The notes beneath the pieces are model-generated. The model saw only the letters and a program-made list of their open reading frames with translations, did not search any database and was not told the DNA's origin. Shown in pieces: positions 1 to 13,200 of a DNA stretch of 64,000 nt. The number at the start of each line of letters is the position of its first letter. Position 1 is the first letter of the stretch. Source of the stretch: Lingula anatina (lineage: Eukaryota > Animalia > Brachiopoda); NCBI GenBank assembly GCA_051362555.1, contig CM120642.1, positions 27,404,001-27,468,000 of the forward strand, written 5' to 3'. A program made the translations under genes and the position numbers.

Positions 1-224
1 TCCCGTAAAGGCTGATTTAAATAAACATGTGCAGCTATGTCCATACATTGCTTAGATAAAAAAAAAAATTATACATAACTCAGACTTTTCATGTATTTGA
101 AATGAAAATAAAACATTTCTGTAAAGTACAGAATTAAGAAAAGATGAATAATGTACTTTCAAATACACTGTAAAGGTATTAAATAAAAACAGTATTATGA
201 TATCAATCAGAATAGTTTCTCTTA

Positions 225-777
225 TACCCCGTTCACACTATGCTCAGTTATCCGGATAAATTGCGAATTAGGTCACAATTCGAATAAATGCAGTAGTGTG
301 AACGCAAGAGGATTTTTGTAATGCGCATTTTCAAAATCCTGCAAGCGAGGTGGATTTCTAAGCGCGATCCGGATAACTTACCGGAATCGACACCTGTGCA
401 GATCTTACTGCGCATGTGTGCTGATAAGTGCGGATATCTATGAACGCTTGTTTATTACTTTAGCGATTGCACCAAACGTATTTGGAGGTCACCACTCACT
501 ACAACATGAGGAAACAAACTTATTTTGCCACCTTATACTTCTCAAGAATGCTGGAATGTCTTCCGAGTTGCATTTGTCGTCACAAATTTTTGTTGGTATT
601 TTAAGATTTCCTGTGCGGCGCATGCGCGAGTGTTCAAAACAGGAAGTTAAACCTGAAATTTTCAACATGGGATTCGGATTCGCTTAGCGAGTGTGAACGC
701 AATACCGAATCGGATTCCTTACGAAAAATCCGAATTATAGAAATGCGCATTTTGGCAACTGTAGTGTGAATGGGGTA
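225..777. mobile_element. Non-autonomous TIR element (MITE), PIF/Harbinger-like or TA-target type
   Basis: TIR TACCCCGTTCACACTA (225-240) vs TAGTGTGAATGGGGTA (762-777), 15/16 match. Flanks are TTA and TAA (a TA duplication also fits). AGTGTGAACGC and AATGCGCATT recur near both ends. The interior is CpG-rich in CpG-poor surroundings. Confidence 0.8.
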
Positions 778-926
778 TAACACTCTGCTATCACAGCTTC
801 TCAGTAAACTAACTATACCTTATGTTGTGGTTCCCACAATTTATCATCACAATCAGTGGCAACATAAGGATTTTATAAATATCAGTATTGTGATATATTT
901 TCATGAGTGTACAATGTGATCAGTAT

Positions 927-2741
927 TTATTGGAAGCACTGAAATGTTTTAATTTGTCCCTCTGCCTCTGCCACCACCAGGTGGCCAATGGGGTTCATGG
1001 CTAACGCTGTTGGACGCTTCAACTCATCAACCATGGTGGCAACGTATCTGATAAACTGTCCTTGTGGACTCAGTGCCACTATCCTGTGGTTAAGACAGTC
1101 AGCAATAAAGATGTGACCATAGCTGTCTGTACACACTCCCTGTGGTGACATCAGCTGACCATCACCACTACCTCCGCTGCCATACTGGTACAGCTGATCA
1201 CCAGTAGGTGACAGCACATGTACACAGTGCTTATTCCAGCCTGGGTCTGATATCACAATGTTATCATTCACACTGTTCACTGTGATGTTCTGTGGGCTTC
1301 CACTCATACTGAGTGGAATAGTGTTCAGGAGCTGTCCACTATCTGCATGGAATGTGAAGATGGATTTTCTTCTTTTGTCACAAACCATCACATCACCTTG
1401 TCTGTTTAGTGTAATACCCAGTGGCATCTCCAGTTGATCCTGACCCATGGTTGTCACCTGCCGACCTCTGTTGGAGTACACTTTGACACATTTGTCACCC
1501 CATGATGTTATATACAGGTGACCAGTCTGTGATACAGCTATATCAGATACTCTGTTTATTTTAATACCATACTTGAAACCCCCAACATCTGTGAATATTT
1601 TTGTGCTTTCAGCGCCATTATCCACAACAAATATTTGTTCGTCATCTATGGCTAACCCGTTAATGTCATTTGCTCTGTCATATACCAGCTTAGTACTGAA
1701 GGAATGCACACACTTTGCCTTCTCTAAGAAAACGGGAGGATATGGTGGTGATCGTGGATTTGTTTCCTGTCCAGCTAATGAAGGCTGTGACGGCACCATA
1801 ACCTGTCCTAACATGGCTTCCAGCCCAGCAGTAGATATCTTACCTGGACTGTATGATATCTGTGCTGGTGTGTCTGGAGTCGGGACCGGTGTTTTGTCTA
1901 TCATTGCAAGTCTTTCTATCAGAGATTTTGCATGAACCATTATATCAGAGTTAGTGCCATTTGTCAAGAGTTGCTGGGCAAAGTCACAGGCACTGTGCAA
2001 GGAGTCATGGTGGGATTCAAGAATGTTCTTTTTTGCCTCCTTTTGCTTCTTTCTGATATTGTAAGCAGAATTCACTTCTGATATTAGTGTCTCTTCTCTC
2101 TGATCAATGAATTTGTGCATACTCTGAGTTTGTTCTTTTATGTTATTGATAGTGACTGTCATAATATAAGAGTCCTCTGTTTCATTGGCTGTTTCCATAG
2201 CAAGTGCCTTTTTAAACTTGTCCATTTTCATCATTTTATCAAGAGCAGCTTTAATTTCTTCTCTTTTGCTTTTTGCAACTGTGTCAACTGCTGAAATACG
2301 ATGTCCACCATGTTCTGTTGCTATACACTGGCCACATATAACAGTATCGTCATCTTCACAGTAGTATTTTAATTCTTTATTTGCATGTTTCTCACAGCTG
2401 ATGGCCATCTGTGCAATGGCCTGTGCCACCGCTGCTACATTGGCCTGTTCCTCTTCTAATGTCCATCTAGCTCGTTCCTGGGCTTTGATTTCCTTGGTCC
2501 TGCAGAAGGAAAAGTTCTTTTTCAGCTGAGTAAGTCCACCATCTGGAAACTGGACCTGTTCTTTACAAATAGGACAAAGAAATGTCCTATTTGGAGTCAG
2601 GTTGCGCTTAGCATGGTCACATATACAACTGTAGCAAAATGTATGGTGGCAAGGCAGCACACGGGGGTCCCCATACTCTCCCAGACAGATGCTACATGTC
2701 AAGATATTCTCTTTGATATCTGCTGCTAGTGCTTCTGCCAT
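927..2741 (-). CDS. TRIM-NHL protein (RING, B-box2, coiled coil, NHL beta-propeller; TRIM2/TRIM3-like E3 ligase), single-exon CDS, 604 aa
   Basis: RING CSICLGEYGDPRVLPCHHTFCYSC...CPIC; B-box CEKH...YYCEDDDTVICGQCIATEHGGH; helical BBC region; NHL repeats such as GSGDGQLMSPQGVCTDSYGHIFIADCLNHRI. No filamin domain is apparent. The ORF is uninterrupted. Confidence 0.92.
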   Translation of the reverse strand: MAEALAADIKENILTCSICLGEYGDPRVLPCHHTFCYSCICDHAKRNLTPNRTFLCPICKEQVQFPDGGLTQLKKNFSFCRTKEIKAQERARWTLEEEQANVAAVAQAIAQMAISCEKHANKELKYYCEDDDTVICGQCIATEHGGHRISAVDTVAKSKREEIKAALDKMMKMDKFKKALAMETANETEDSYIMTVTINNIKEQTQSMHKFIDQREETLISEVNSAYNIRKKQKEAKKNILESHHDSLHSACDFAQQLLTNGTNSDIMVHAKSLIERLAMIDKTPVPTPDTPAQISYSPGKISTAGLEAMLGQVMVPSQPSLAGQETNPRSPPYPPVFLEKAKCVHSFSTKLVYDRANDINGLAIDDEQIFVVDNGAESTKIFTDVGGFKYGIKINRVSDIAVSQTGHLYITSWGDKCVKVYSNRGRQVTTMGQDQLEMPLGITLNRQGDVMVCDKRRKSIFTFHADSGQLLNTIPLSMSGSPQNITVNSVNDNIVISDPGWNKHCVHVLSPTGDQLYQYGSGGSGDGQLMSPQGVCTDSYGHIFIADCLNHRIVALSPQGQFIRYVATMVDELKRPTALAMNPIGHLVVAEAEGQIKTFQCFQ

Positions 2742-4280
2742 GTATGACCGTCTCTTTGTTAGTTTACAAAGAATGATTGAGCTGGTTTTGTTGTCTTTGG
2801 TATTGAATAATTCAGTCTAAAAACTCGGTCACAATGCTCAGTTTCTCTATTTACTTCCAAATGCTCGAGTTTGATCAACAGATCACAATTAGACGTGGCT
2901 GTGTCACTAGTACTACATTCACTCTTTAACAGGCTTACTGTAATATTTATCACAACTGTTTTTAAAATGAAATACGCGTCCTGTTTCTTCCTTTCTCTTC
3001 TAGAACTGCTCAAAGTAGGAGAAAAATATGCTGACTTTTATAACCTGGCTCTGACCTCAACAAAGCAGCTTTGAGGACAAAAGGAAGAACCATTGTGTGT
3101 TGACTGGTGACTAAGCTGTATTATGTTTACTCTTAAGTTCATGTTACTGAAATAGAGTTATGAATGCAGGTATTTCTGCCTTTCTTTGTGTGAAAGAAAT
3201 CTACCCAGTTTTAATGGCCAGTATATTTATATTTTAGGGATTTTTTGTGATATATACAGAGAGAGAGGGAAAGAGAGAGAGAAGCATGTGCACACACTTT
3301 TTTTCATTATCATTATTAACTGTTTAAAAAAATCCGAGTCCAGTGACACAGTTGTGTTCTTTTTACCCTGAGCTGAAGTTAAATAAATAGAACCATGTCT
3401 GCAGGACACAGATGTGGTGGTTATACCATTAATCACTATGTAATATTTCATCAAAATTGACAAAAACCCACTTTGTGTACTAGCTGCCACCACAAATGTT
3501 ATGAAAAGAAAACTGGGTTACTTTTTTTAACTTACAAGAATGATTCTTAGGATTGACATGCAGCTCAAATTAGAAAACCAGCTCTATTGGATTATAATTT
3601 TTTCTTGATTTTATGCATTTTTTTGGTGAAATTTTCATATTTCTCATTCTGGCATTTTCAAAGTGTGAACTTGGACTCTCATGGGCCTGAAGCCTTATGC
3701 TTGTTACACATTTTACTTATATTGGTATTACCTGTTGTGCATAATTAAGATTTTAGGTTGACTTTGCAGTTAAGTATAATATTTCATTGCATCAGAATTG
3801 ACAGTAGTCTATTTTTTGCATTATTATTTTCTGCTTTTTGTCTGTACATTTGACAGCTTTACTGCCTTGTTACTATTTATTCTAGTGAGTGAAGTGTGCT
3901 TGTTCCAAGCAAAATTCTACTAGTGTTTTGTGTAGTGAATAAGATATCACATGCTGAATCTTTTGTATGTGCCATATTCAAATCATAGGAATTAACAGTA
4001 GTATTGTTTATTGAATGCATAATTATTTATAGAATCCATCAACAAACCAACCATTGTGGGTTTCTTTGTTAGGTGCTTAACTCTAATTATTCTTCATTGC
4101 TTTCTTATCTTAAACATTTTGGACAATCTCCATGTCCAGCACCAGATTTATTGTACAGCACTCAAAATTGTTATACAACTAATGTAATACTCATAAATCT
4201 AACTTAAAGTGTTGATGTATTTTGTATAAGTTGTATTATTTTGTCATTGATATCATTAATATTGTACTTTTTGTACTAAG

Positions 4281-7200
4281 GCTACACTGGGCGTAACTGT
4301 GAAATAGACATAGATGAGTGTGCCAGTGGACCCTGCTTGAACAATGCCCAGTGCCTGGATCCCCCCATTGACCAATATGTGTGTAGATGTCAACAAGGGT
4401 TCACGGGCAGAAATTGTGAACAGAACATTGATGATTGTGCCTCAAAACCATGCCAGAGCTATCAGATATGTGTGGATTTGGTGAATGGATACAGGTAAAT
4501 GATGGTTTATGGTAAAATTTTAAATAATGTAAGAATATTGTTTTATTATTTTGGCAAGGGTAAACCCTCAGTCCCATAGACCCATTTGTCACTGTAACAG
4601 ATCATGTTTCTCATAGACAGCAATTTAGAATAAAACATTTTTATTTGAAAATGTGCCATTTGATTCCATTGGAATAGTTGAAGGTTTTTAAAAAAATTAG
4701 CCAGATGCTAAGCATATTCTAATTCAGCAAAGGAAAATGTTAGAAATTTTACATTTATCAGAAAATATATTGATATCTGTCAGGTTGTTTCTGTATGAAT
4801 TTTAACCAGTTTTGATTGAACCTTAATTGTCTAGCTTTATTGTAATACATGATTGCACATTTTCCCCAATTTATGTTAGATGTCAGTGTGCAGAAGGTAT
4901 GACAGGTCAACAGTGTGAGTCCCACATTGACAGTTGCCATAGCAATCCATGTCAGCAAGGCGGGACTTGCCAGCCAAGTGGGAGTGGCTATAGATGTCAG
5001 TGTGTGTATCCATATGATGGCATTAATTGTGAGATCAGCACTGATCCCTGTGTGCCCAACCCCTGCCTTCACTATGGCAACTGCACTGCGGACAGTTCTC
5101 AAGACAGTGGATACACATGTGCTTGTGTTCAGGGTTTTATTGGTGAGTGGATCTCTGTGAATTTCAACTGGAATCTTAAATTTCATTAAAATTTTTTCAA
5201 CAACTTAAAAATTAACAAAATTAATATTTTTATACCAAAATGGGGATAAATAAACAAAAAAGTCAAAGATACGTGTCACTTTATAGGTACAATAAAATTA
5301 TCTTCAGCATTTAGTATAGGATTCTATATGCTGTGGTGAGTCTAAATTAACCACATTTCCATTCAGGTGAGCGTTGTGAGGGAGATGTGTACGACTGCCT
5401 GTCACAACCATGCAGAAATGGAGGGTTGTGTTTTGAGAATACCAACGGCCAGGCAGGATTTCAGTGCCGCTGTCCAAGTAGATACAGTGGGACATATTGC
5501 CAGATAGACTCCCAGAGCTGTGCTCACAACCCCTGCCTTCATAATGGCTCTTGTGTCCAAGGGATGGCTGGTATGTCCAGATATGCAGTATGATAACTTG
5601 AATTAAGCTGTATTTTTTTTTTTTTTTTGTACAAGAACATTTTATTGGGAAAGTATGTTATAAGAAAAATTAGAGTTTTTTTTTTTTTTTTTCAAAGTAT
5701 CATTTCCATATAATAATGCAAAATAATGCAAATTGTAATGTTATGATGTAAGAATCAAGTCGCAACTTGGTAACTTCCATGTGGACGGTGAGTGACTTTC
5801 ATGGCCAATTTTTCTTAACATTTTCTAGATATTTTTGCTTGTAAAAATTTTAATTTTATATCATTCAGTGCTAGACAATAACTCTTCCCTTTGTCTCAGG
5901 TATATCTTGTAACTGTCCTCCAAGTTGGTCTGGCAGCAGATGTGAGCTTGACGTCAACGAGTGCCTTTCACTCAACCCCTGCCAAAATGACGGCCACTGC
6001 ATCAACCAAGATGGCGGCTATCTGTGCCTGTGTGGTCCGTACTGGACTGGTCAGGACTGCGAGAGTGAGGTGTTAGAGTGCGCCACACAGCCGTGCCTTA
6101 ATAATGCCTCCTGTATTGAACATATAGGACAAGATTATACCTGCAGTTGTATGCTAGGTAAGGCAATTACTTACAAAATTAGAACAAAATAGATTTGAGA
6201 TGTTTTCGTTAAAACAGATTTATTAATAAAAGACTGAAAATAATGATAAAATTATTGAGTAAGAATGGAATTTTTTTTTCTAAAAGCTTTAAATGAATGA
6301 TATTTTGATTGATACAAGATAATATCTTTCTTTTCACATTTTTGCATATATGTATTTTACTTTTTCGTTTTTTACACATAAATTTTATGAATTTTTTTTT
6401 TTTTTTTTTTTTGCTTTTTACACAAAAGTATTTTATAAAATATTAAATACCATAGAATTTTAAGGTTATGTTCTGGATTATAATCATCCCATTGTTTTTC
6501 AGGCTATACTGGATTACACTGTGAGACTGAAATACAGGAGTGCCTCTCTTCACCCTGTAGAAACAATGCTAGCTGTGTGGACCTGGTGGGCAGATACATG
6601 TGTATGTGTGAACCTGGTTACACAGGTAAGATGTGATCAACAGGGTTGCTAACTTAAATAAGCATTAAAATGGATTGTGTCATTCATCATGTTACAAAAA
6701 AATAAATTAATTAATTAATTAATAAAAAAAAAAATAATAATAATACCTGAAATGTAGCAATCAGAAGTTGAAAGTACTTTGAAGATTCATGAATGCAAAA
6801 AGTTAAGTTTGAAATTGGGCTACAGCATTTTTTCATGTTAGCCAAGTCTTACAAAAGGAATTTTTGCATAAATTCAAATTTATTATATGAATTGTTTGAT
6901 CTACTGGTAAAAGGCTTTGGAAAAATGGAGGAGAGTCTTACCTGGACCAACTTTTATAACACAAAACTTTACCAAAAAGACACATACATCTATTTCAGAA
7001 CAATTGTATGTTTTCCCTGTAAGATAAACAATTTTGAAATTACATGTTTAAAAAATTTAGTAACACTTAAAGATTTTTTCTTCTTAATCTTAAATTTACA
7101 GATGTAAATTGCGGCACAGAGATAGACGAATGTCAGGTGTACCAGCCATGTCAGAACAATGCTACCTGCCACGACCTTATTAACGGGTACACCTGTACCT

Positions 7201-10200
7201 GCCCCACCGGCTTTATGGGCATTAACTGTAGTGTTAATATAGATGACTGCTCTCCACAGCCCTGTCTAAATGAAGCAACCTGTGTGGATGGAATAGATGA
7301 CTACATCTGTGTTTGTTTACCTGGATGGACTGGTAATAATCATAGACTTCTATCCCATATATAATGCTCGTTTGTTCATGTGACACCATTTTTATAGCCT
7401 TTCTGAAAAAAGATTTTGGTTTGTTGGCTAGATTTATTCTAGGTTGGGAGGGGGAGGGAGACAACAACCAAAAGATATGATACAAAATAAATCATTGAAA
7501 AGATAGCAGTTCAGCTGCAGTTGTATAAATTTCAATAAATTTCAATTTGTTTTAATTTTTAGTATATTTTGTATTAGAGTTATCTTTTGAAAGATGATGA
7601 AGAATTCTGAAATAATAAATAGTTTTGTACTTTTAGGGAAGAACTGTTCTGTGGATATCAATGAGTGTGAGTTGTTGAGTCCCTGTCACAATGGGGCCAC
7701 ATGTCTGGATTTGGTGAACAACTTCACTTGTACTTGTGCTGCTGGCTGGACAGGTAGGACCCATTCCCAATGAAACTGTTGTTTTATGTAGATCGATCCA
7801 ACTCTGTGGAGACTCGTTGCTAAATGCTATATGATTAACAAGCCTCCTCCTGGCATTGAGTAGAATACAGAAAAACTGGTGATCATATGAGCATGTTGGA
7901 AACAGGAGGAGGCGTGTTAATCTGATTGCATTCAGTGAGAGTCCTCGTGGAGTTGGTACGATCTACATAGAATTCCCATAGGTATTGTCGATGACATTAT
8001 TTGATTTTGTAGAACAATTCAGTCAGCAACTTGAACTTTTCAGCTCTCTGGTCAATTGGACCAGGAAATATAATAATTTGTCTAAATCAAAATTTAAATG
8101 TCAGCAGAAGTAATTTCTTGATAATTGGTAATTGATTTAAAACTACCATCACTTATTAAGCCTTATTGAAAAAAAATAAATTGAAACTTAGGAACATTAC
8201 AGATTTAGTATGTTGGAAGATCTACGAAATAAGTATTTGGCCCTCGCACAAACCTACAATGCCGTGATTTGGAATATTTTCAACTCTGACCATTCAGTTT
8301 TAAAAGTTAATGCATAGTCTTTAAATGTCAAATCATTTGCGAACCAAATGGAATTTTAATCACTCTTTATAGTCACTTTTTCATACTTCCAGGTGTAACC
8401 TGTGCAGTGAATATAGACGACTGTGATCCCATGCCTTGTTTGAATGGTGCATCATGTACAGATGAAGTCAATGATTACCACTGTATCTGTGCTGCTGGGT
8501 TCTCAGGTAACTTAGAAAGATATTAGGTAGATTATGAGTGAAAGTTGTAAGGATTATGCCTGATATAATATCCTTTTTATATCAAACCTTGACATTTTAT
8601 TATTAAAATCAAACATTCTCTACAGAGAAAAAGCTCTCCTTGATTTATAGGTCGCAACTGCAGTCATGACATCCAGGAATGCCTTTCCTCGCCTTGTCTA
8701 CATGAAGCAACTTGCTTGGAACCCACCCCGGCAGCATACAGCTGTGCTTGCATCAGTGGGATAGATGGAGCCACTTGTGACTTTGTCAGGACAGCCACCT
8801 TCCAGGGTACAAATGTCTTGCAACTCCAACCAATTCAAGAATATGCTCTGAATTCCATAAGAAAAAAGAGGAACTCAGAAATTGGAGATGTCGTTATTGA
8901 CTTTGATTTCTTCACTTCTGTTAACAGTGGTGTATTGCTATGGACAACATGGGTAAGAAATGAAATGATCTGTGCATTTTGATATAGATTTGAAGAATAT
9001 CAGAAAAATAAACCAGTTGATAATAATAGTAAAAAACAGCCGAATACCTGCGTATATGATGATAAATAATCTATTCTGACAGGGTAACACAAAACACATT
9101 CTCTGTCTACGTCTTATATTTTTTGTGCCACATCTATTTTGACCATGATAACCACAATTTCTTGATTGAAACAGCTGTAGCATCTTATCATGCCAATAAT
9201 CCATAAAAGCCATTGTACTATATATTTCTGAACAAAATTTATGACAATTTTGACATTTCAGTACAACAGTGAAGGAAAGCCACAACATCTTGCAGTGGAA
9301 CTTTACCAGGGTGATCTTGTAGCATCTGTGACATTTGGAATGCTAACTGCTAAAGCCACATTGAGGATATCCCCCACATCCCAAGGTCAGGGTCTACTTC
9401 AGCCTCATATACAGCTTGCCTTAGGAAGTGGCCACCTGAACATAACAGTTGACCCAGAAAGTTGCATTGTGGGAACTGGGTGTTTTGCGACAGCTTCATC
9501 TGGGACCAATCAGAATGCAGATGTAAACCTGTCAGGTGACCTGTTCCTAGGTGGACTACCCACTGTGACACCATATTTCAAAACTGTACTGAGTGGACAC
9601 GATGGCTTCAGAGGTTGTTTAGGGGTAAGTTTTAATTCTCTCTGTGCAATGTACAAAAATGATGTGATGCTTGATAACCTCATGAAATTTTTGGAGTATA
9701 TTGAATGTTATCTCTGCTATTGTTATAACTTTATTTTATATTTTATAAATTGCTCTATTTTACAGAACTTCTCCATCAATAACAATGCTGTGAACCTGAT
9801 GCCAGTGAGCATCCCAGTCCAGGCAGATGACCCAAGTCCAGGGTGCTTGACCCCTGGCTACTGCACACCTGCCAGTTGTTTTAATGGTGGACAATGTGTG
9901 GACCAATGGACACACACCACTTGTCAGTGTCTGGATGGCTTCCAAGGTGAGACAGTATCTGTATATAGATGAATACTTTGGCTGAGACAATGTGTATTAA
10001 TTGGGTCCTCTTCATGAGGGTTTTGGCTGATGGTACATTTGGGTGACGACTCAATGCAGCTTTGTCATAATAATCAGCAGACATTGTAAGTCCAGAAATG
10101 CATTCATACCTGGTTATATTTGATCCCAGCTGGATGTCTTATAATTTTTGTCATTTAACTGTTCACAAGACAGTATTTGTATATAGATTATTACGTACTA

Positions 10201-13200
10201 TAACCCAGACAACAATGCTTCATATTCCTGAAGACTTCGGCTGGTCAGTGACAGTTTGCCTGAGTGAAAACTTCATGCAATTACATCATAACAATCCTCT
10301 CTTGACAGAAATTGCAAGTTCAGAAATACATTCATATATGTATATATTTTATCTCAGCTGGGTGTCTTATAATATTTATATGTTTTCCTGCTGTTTATGA
10401 CCTCTTCCTTGCATCATGCTTTCAGGCGAGAGATGTGAATTGCAGACAACGGCACATTTCACAGGAGAATCCTTCCTCCACATCCCATCATCCTCACCAT
10501 CAGTTTCCATTACTCAGGTCAAATTTGGACTGACTTCCACCCAGCCAGATGGTCTTATATTTTACACAGTAAGTTGGACAAAGGGTGGCATTATGTGATT
10601 GCAAAATACCATAAATCTTTGTTATACATTTCAGGAAACAAATATCATTAGGAAAGGTATATAGCCAATAGAAAATTAGTTAACAGATATTTGTGACCTT
10701 TTTTGTGTCAACATGAATAATTTGCATTAGTAAAAGTATACAGCAAATAGAAAACTTACATATATTTGTTCTACACACATTTTTGTCTCAATATGAATAA
10801 TTTAATACAGTGTAAATCACTGTGAAAACTTTTTTAAAATTGCATTATTATATTTTAATTTAGCTCAGTGGCAGTGCCTTGGTGGCCTTTCTCCTGGACA
10901 ACAGTGCATTAAGAGTTCATGTGGTGGTGATTGGTGGTGACGTGGTTTCTTATGTAGGTCAGAATATCAGCACTGGGAACTGGTACCAAGTCCAGACGAC
11001 TTTCACAAAGACCCAACTAACCGTGCAAGGTCAGTAAAGCTAGGATTGGGATGGGTTTTTTCACCCATTTGATGGATAAGTTTTTAATGCATAGATGAAA
11101 GTTTTGGATGTTGGTGGACTTTGTGTAAAAAAGTCAGAAGTGGAGAAAAGTTAAAATAAGAGGGAAGTTTTCCTTCTTTGTTTTTGTCTTTTTTGTAGCA
11201 TTTTCTATTTCCATCCATGATCATACCACAAAGAAATACGAAAGCAAAAAAAAAAAAAATTCAGGGCCAAATGTTTTATAAGCATATAATGAACTGATAT
11301 TTAAAAAAATACTGTTCTGTATTTTTAGTCACAAATGAAGAAACCGGTCAGGTGTCCACAGACAGTCAGTCAGCCAGTAATGTCCAGGTGCAGTACCCTG
11401 TATTCCTTGGTCAGTTACACCTGGACTCTGCTCTTAATATCTGGAGAAACAGGCCAATACCTCTGTCCTCTCATGCCAGGTAAAATACAATGTAGTATAA
11501 TAATATATATGATATGATATGATTCTCTCATTCATATTTTATGTGGGGTATATTTGAAAAGATGAGCCTTTTACTGTGTCTAAGACTGTAAGACACAAGA
11601 GATAGTAGATTATGAATGTTGGATTTTTTTCAAGCTTTTCTTAGAAAAAGATGACAAAATGATGTATGTGGTTATTATTTTTACTTGTCTGGTTTGTAAT
11701 AAACTCAAGATAAAATTTTCTATAAAAGGTCATTTTAAGACTAGGAAATGAAACAAAATTTGTTGTATTTAATAATGAATTGAACTTTTTCAGCTTCTAT
11801 GGTTGCATAAGAAATCTGACCATCAACAACCAGCTGGTCAATTTGGCCAGTGCTTCACCCTCCTCTCTAAGGAATGACCCCCCTTCAGCCATCCCTGGTT
11901 GCCCCAGGGACGTCCACTGTAATACTGCACCCTGTGGAGCCAGGGGAGTCTGTAGATCAGGCTGGCAAGGGTATACCTGCTCTTGCTATCAAGATTACTT
12001 TGGAGAAAACTGTACACAGGGTAAGAAAGAGTTGTGAATTTCTTACATAAATCAAAAGGAATATCGATATTGGATTAAATGATCAGCTATATATGATAGT
12101 GTAGCTGACTAGAGAATTATGCTATCGAATTTACTTAGAATTGAACATACATAAGACATAAAATAGATTGGATAAATATTTCTCTTAGAGTATTCTTTCT
12201 CGGGTTATTTGATATTATTTAAGTTAAATTGTGAACACACATGACCAGTGCCTCTTAGGAAAATTAGTTGCTGGACTGAAAGTCCAGCCATCCTGAAAAG
12301 TAGCGTTAATTTTGAACGCTGCACATGACTTTTGAGGGAACCTGTTAACTGTTACTTATTGATCATTCTCACATTTGCTGTTATGTAAGGTTGCTCATTA
12401 ATAACATTAGTGTCCCCGTACCTTGCTAACTTACCAAATACTGAATTTTCCTTCAGTGTCTGCATCCACATTCAATGGAATGACCAGCTATGCAGAGATT
12501 ACAGTGGACACTAAGCAGTTTGTATTTGGAGACAGTGGGAGTTTTGAGTTCCGTAGCAGAGCCAATGGCACTCTCCTCTACATACAATTATATGATACAT
12601 CTGGGTCACCAGTTGATAGTCTGGAGTTCAGGATTTTCAAACAACAGTTGCAAATGGAGACAGTATATAGTGGAATAGGTATGTATGACTTTATTCAAAG
12701 GTAATACTTTTGTGTGATATGCTGATGTAATGATATTTTTGTGAGAAAAAATTTTTCTTTGCCCTTTCTTCACAATACTGTTATGAAAACAAGTTTCATG
12801 ATAATGTATTTGTGCATAATTTTTTATCAAAGTCTTTCAATCAAAATCATTGTACAAAATTTGTGAATTTTCTTATAGGGCTCAATAGCCCTAATTGTTT
12901 CTACTCTTTTTGAGTACATATAGTATAGATATGTACATGTAATACTGAGACCTCTATTGTACAAATGAAATTCAAAAATGTCTTCCTTTTTACCAGGATT
13001 TTTTATTGACATATTTGTGAATTATATTTCAGTATTGAGTATAACTTTACCATCTCGAGTATCTGATGGTACATGGCACAGAGTGACCTGGGCACAGCAA
13101 CCCTTAGGGATCTCAGTTACCCTTAGAAACAGTTCCCTTGGAAACAGTTCCCACGGTAACAGTTCCCTGTTACTCCAGACTCCTTTTACCTTTCATCAGT

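Noticed and set aside
418-687. 89-aa ORF
   Set aside because: Non-ATG start, lies inside the 225-777 MITE, and has no recognisable domain.
12269-12287. Perfect hairpin GCTGGACT-GAA-AGTCCAGC in a crumbs intron
   Set aside because: It is short and probably part of a decayed transposon end (nearby TTTTGAACGCTG); no partner TIR or function can be supported.
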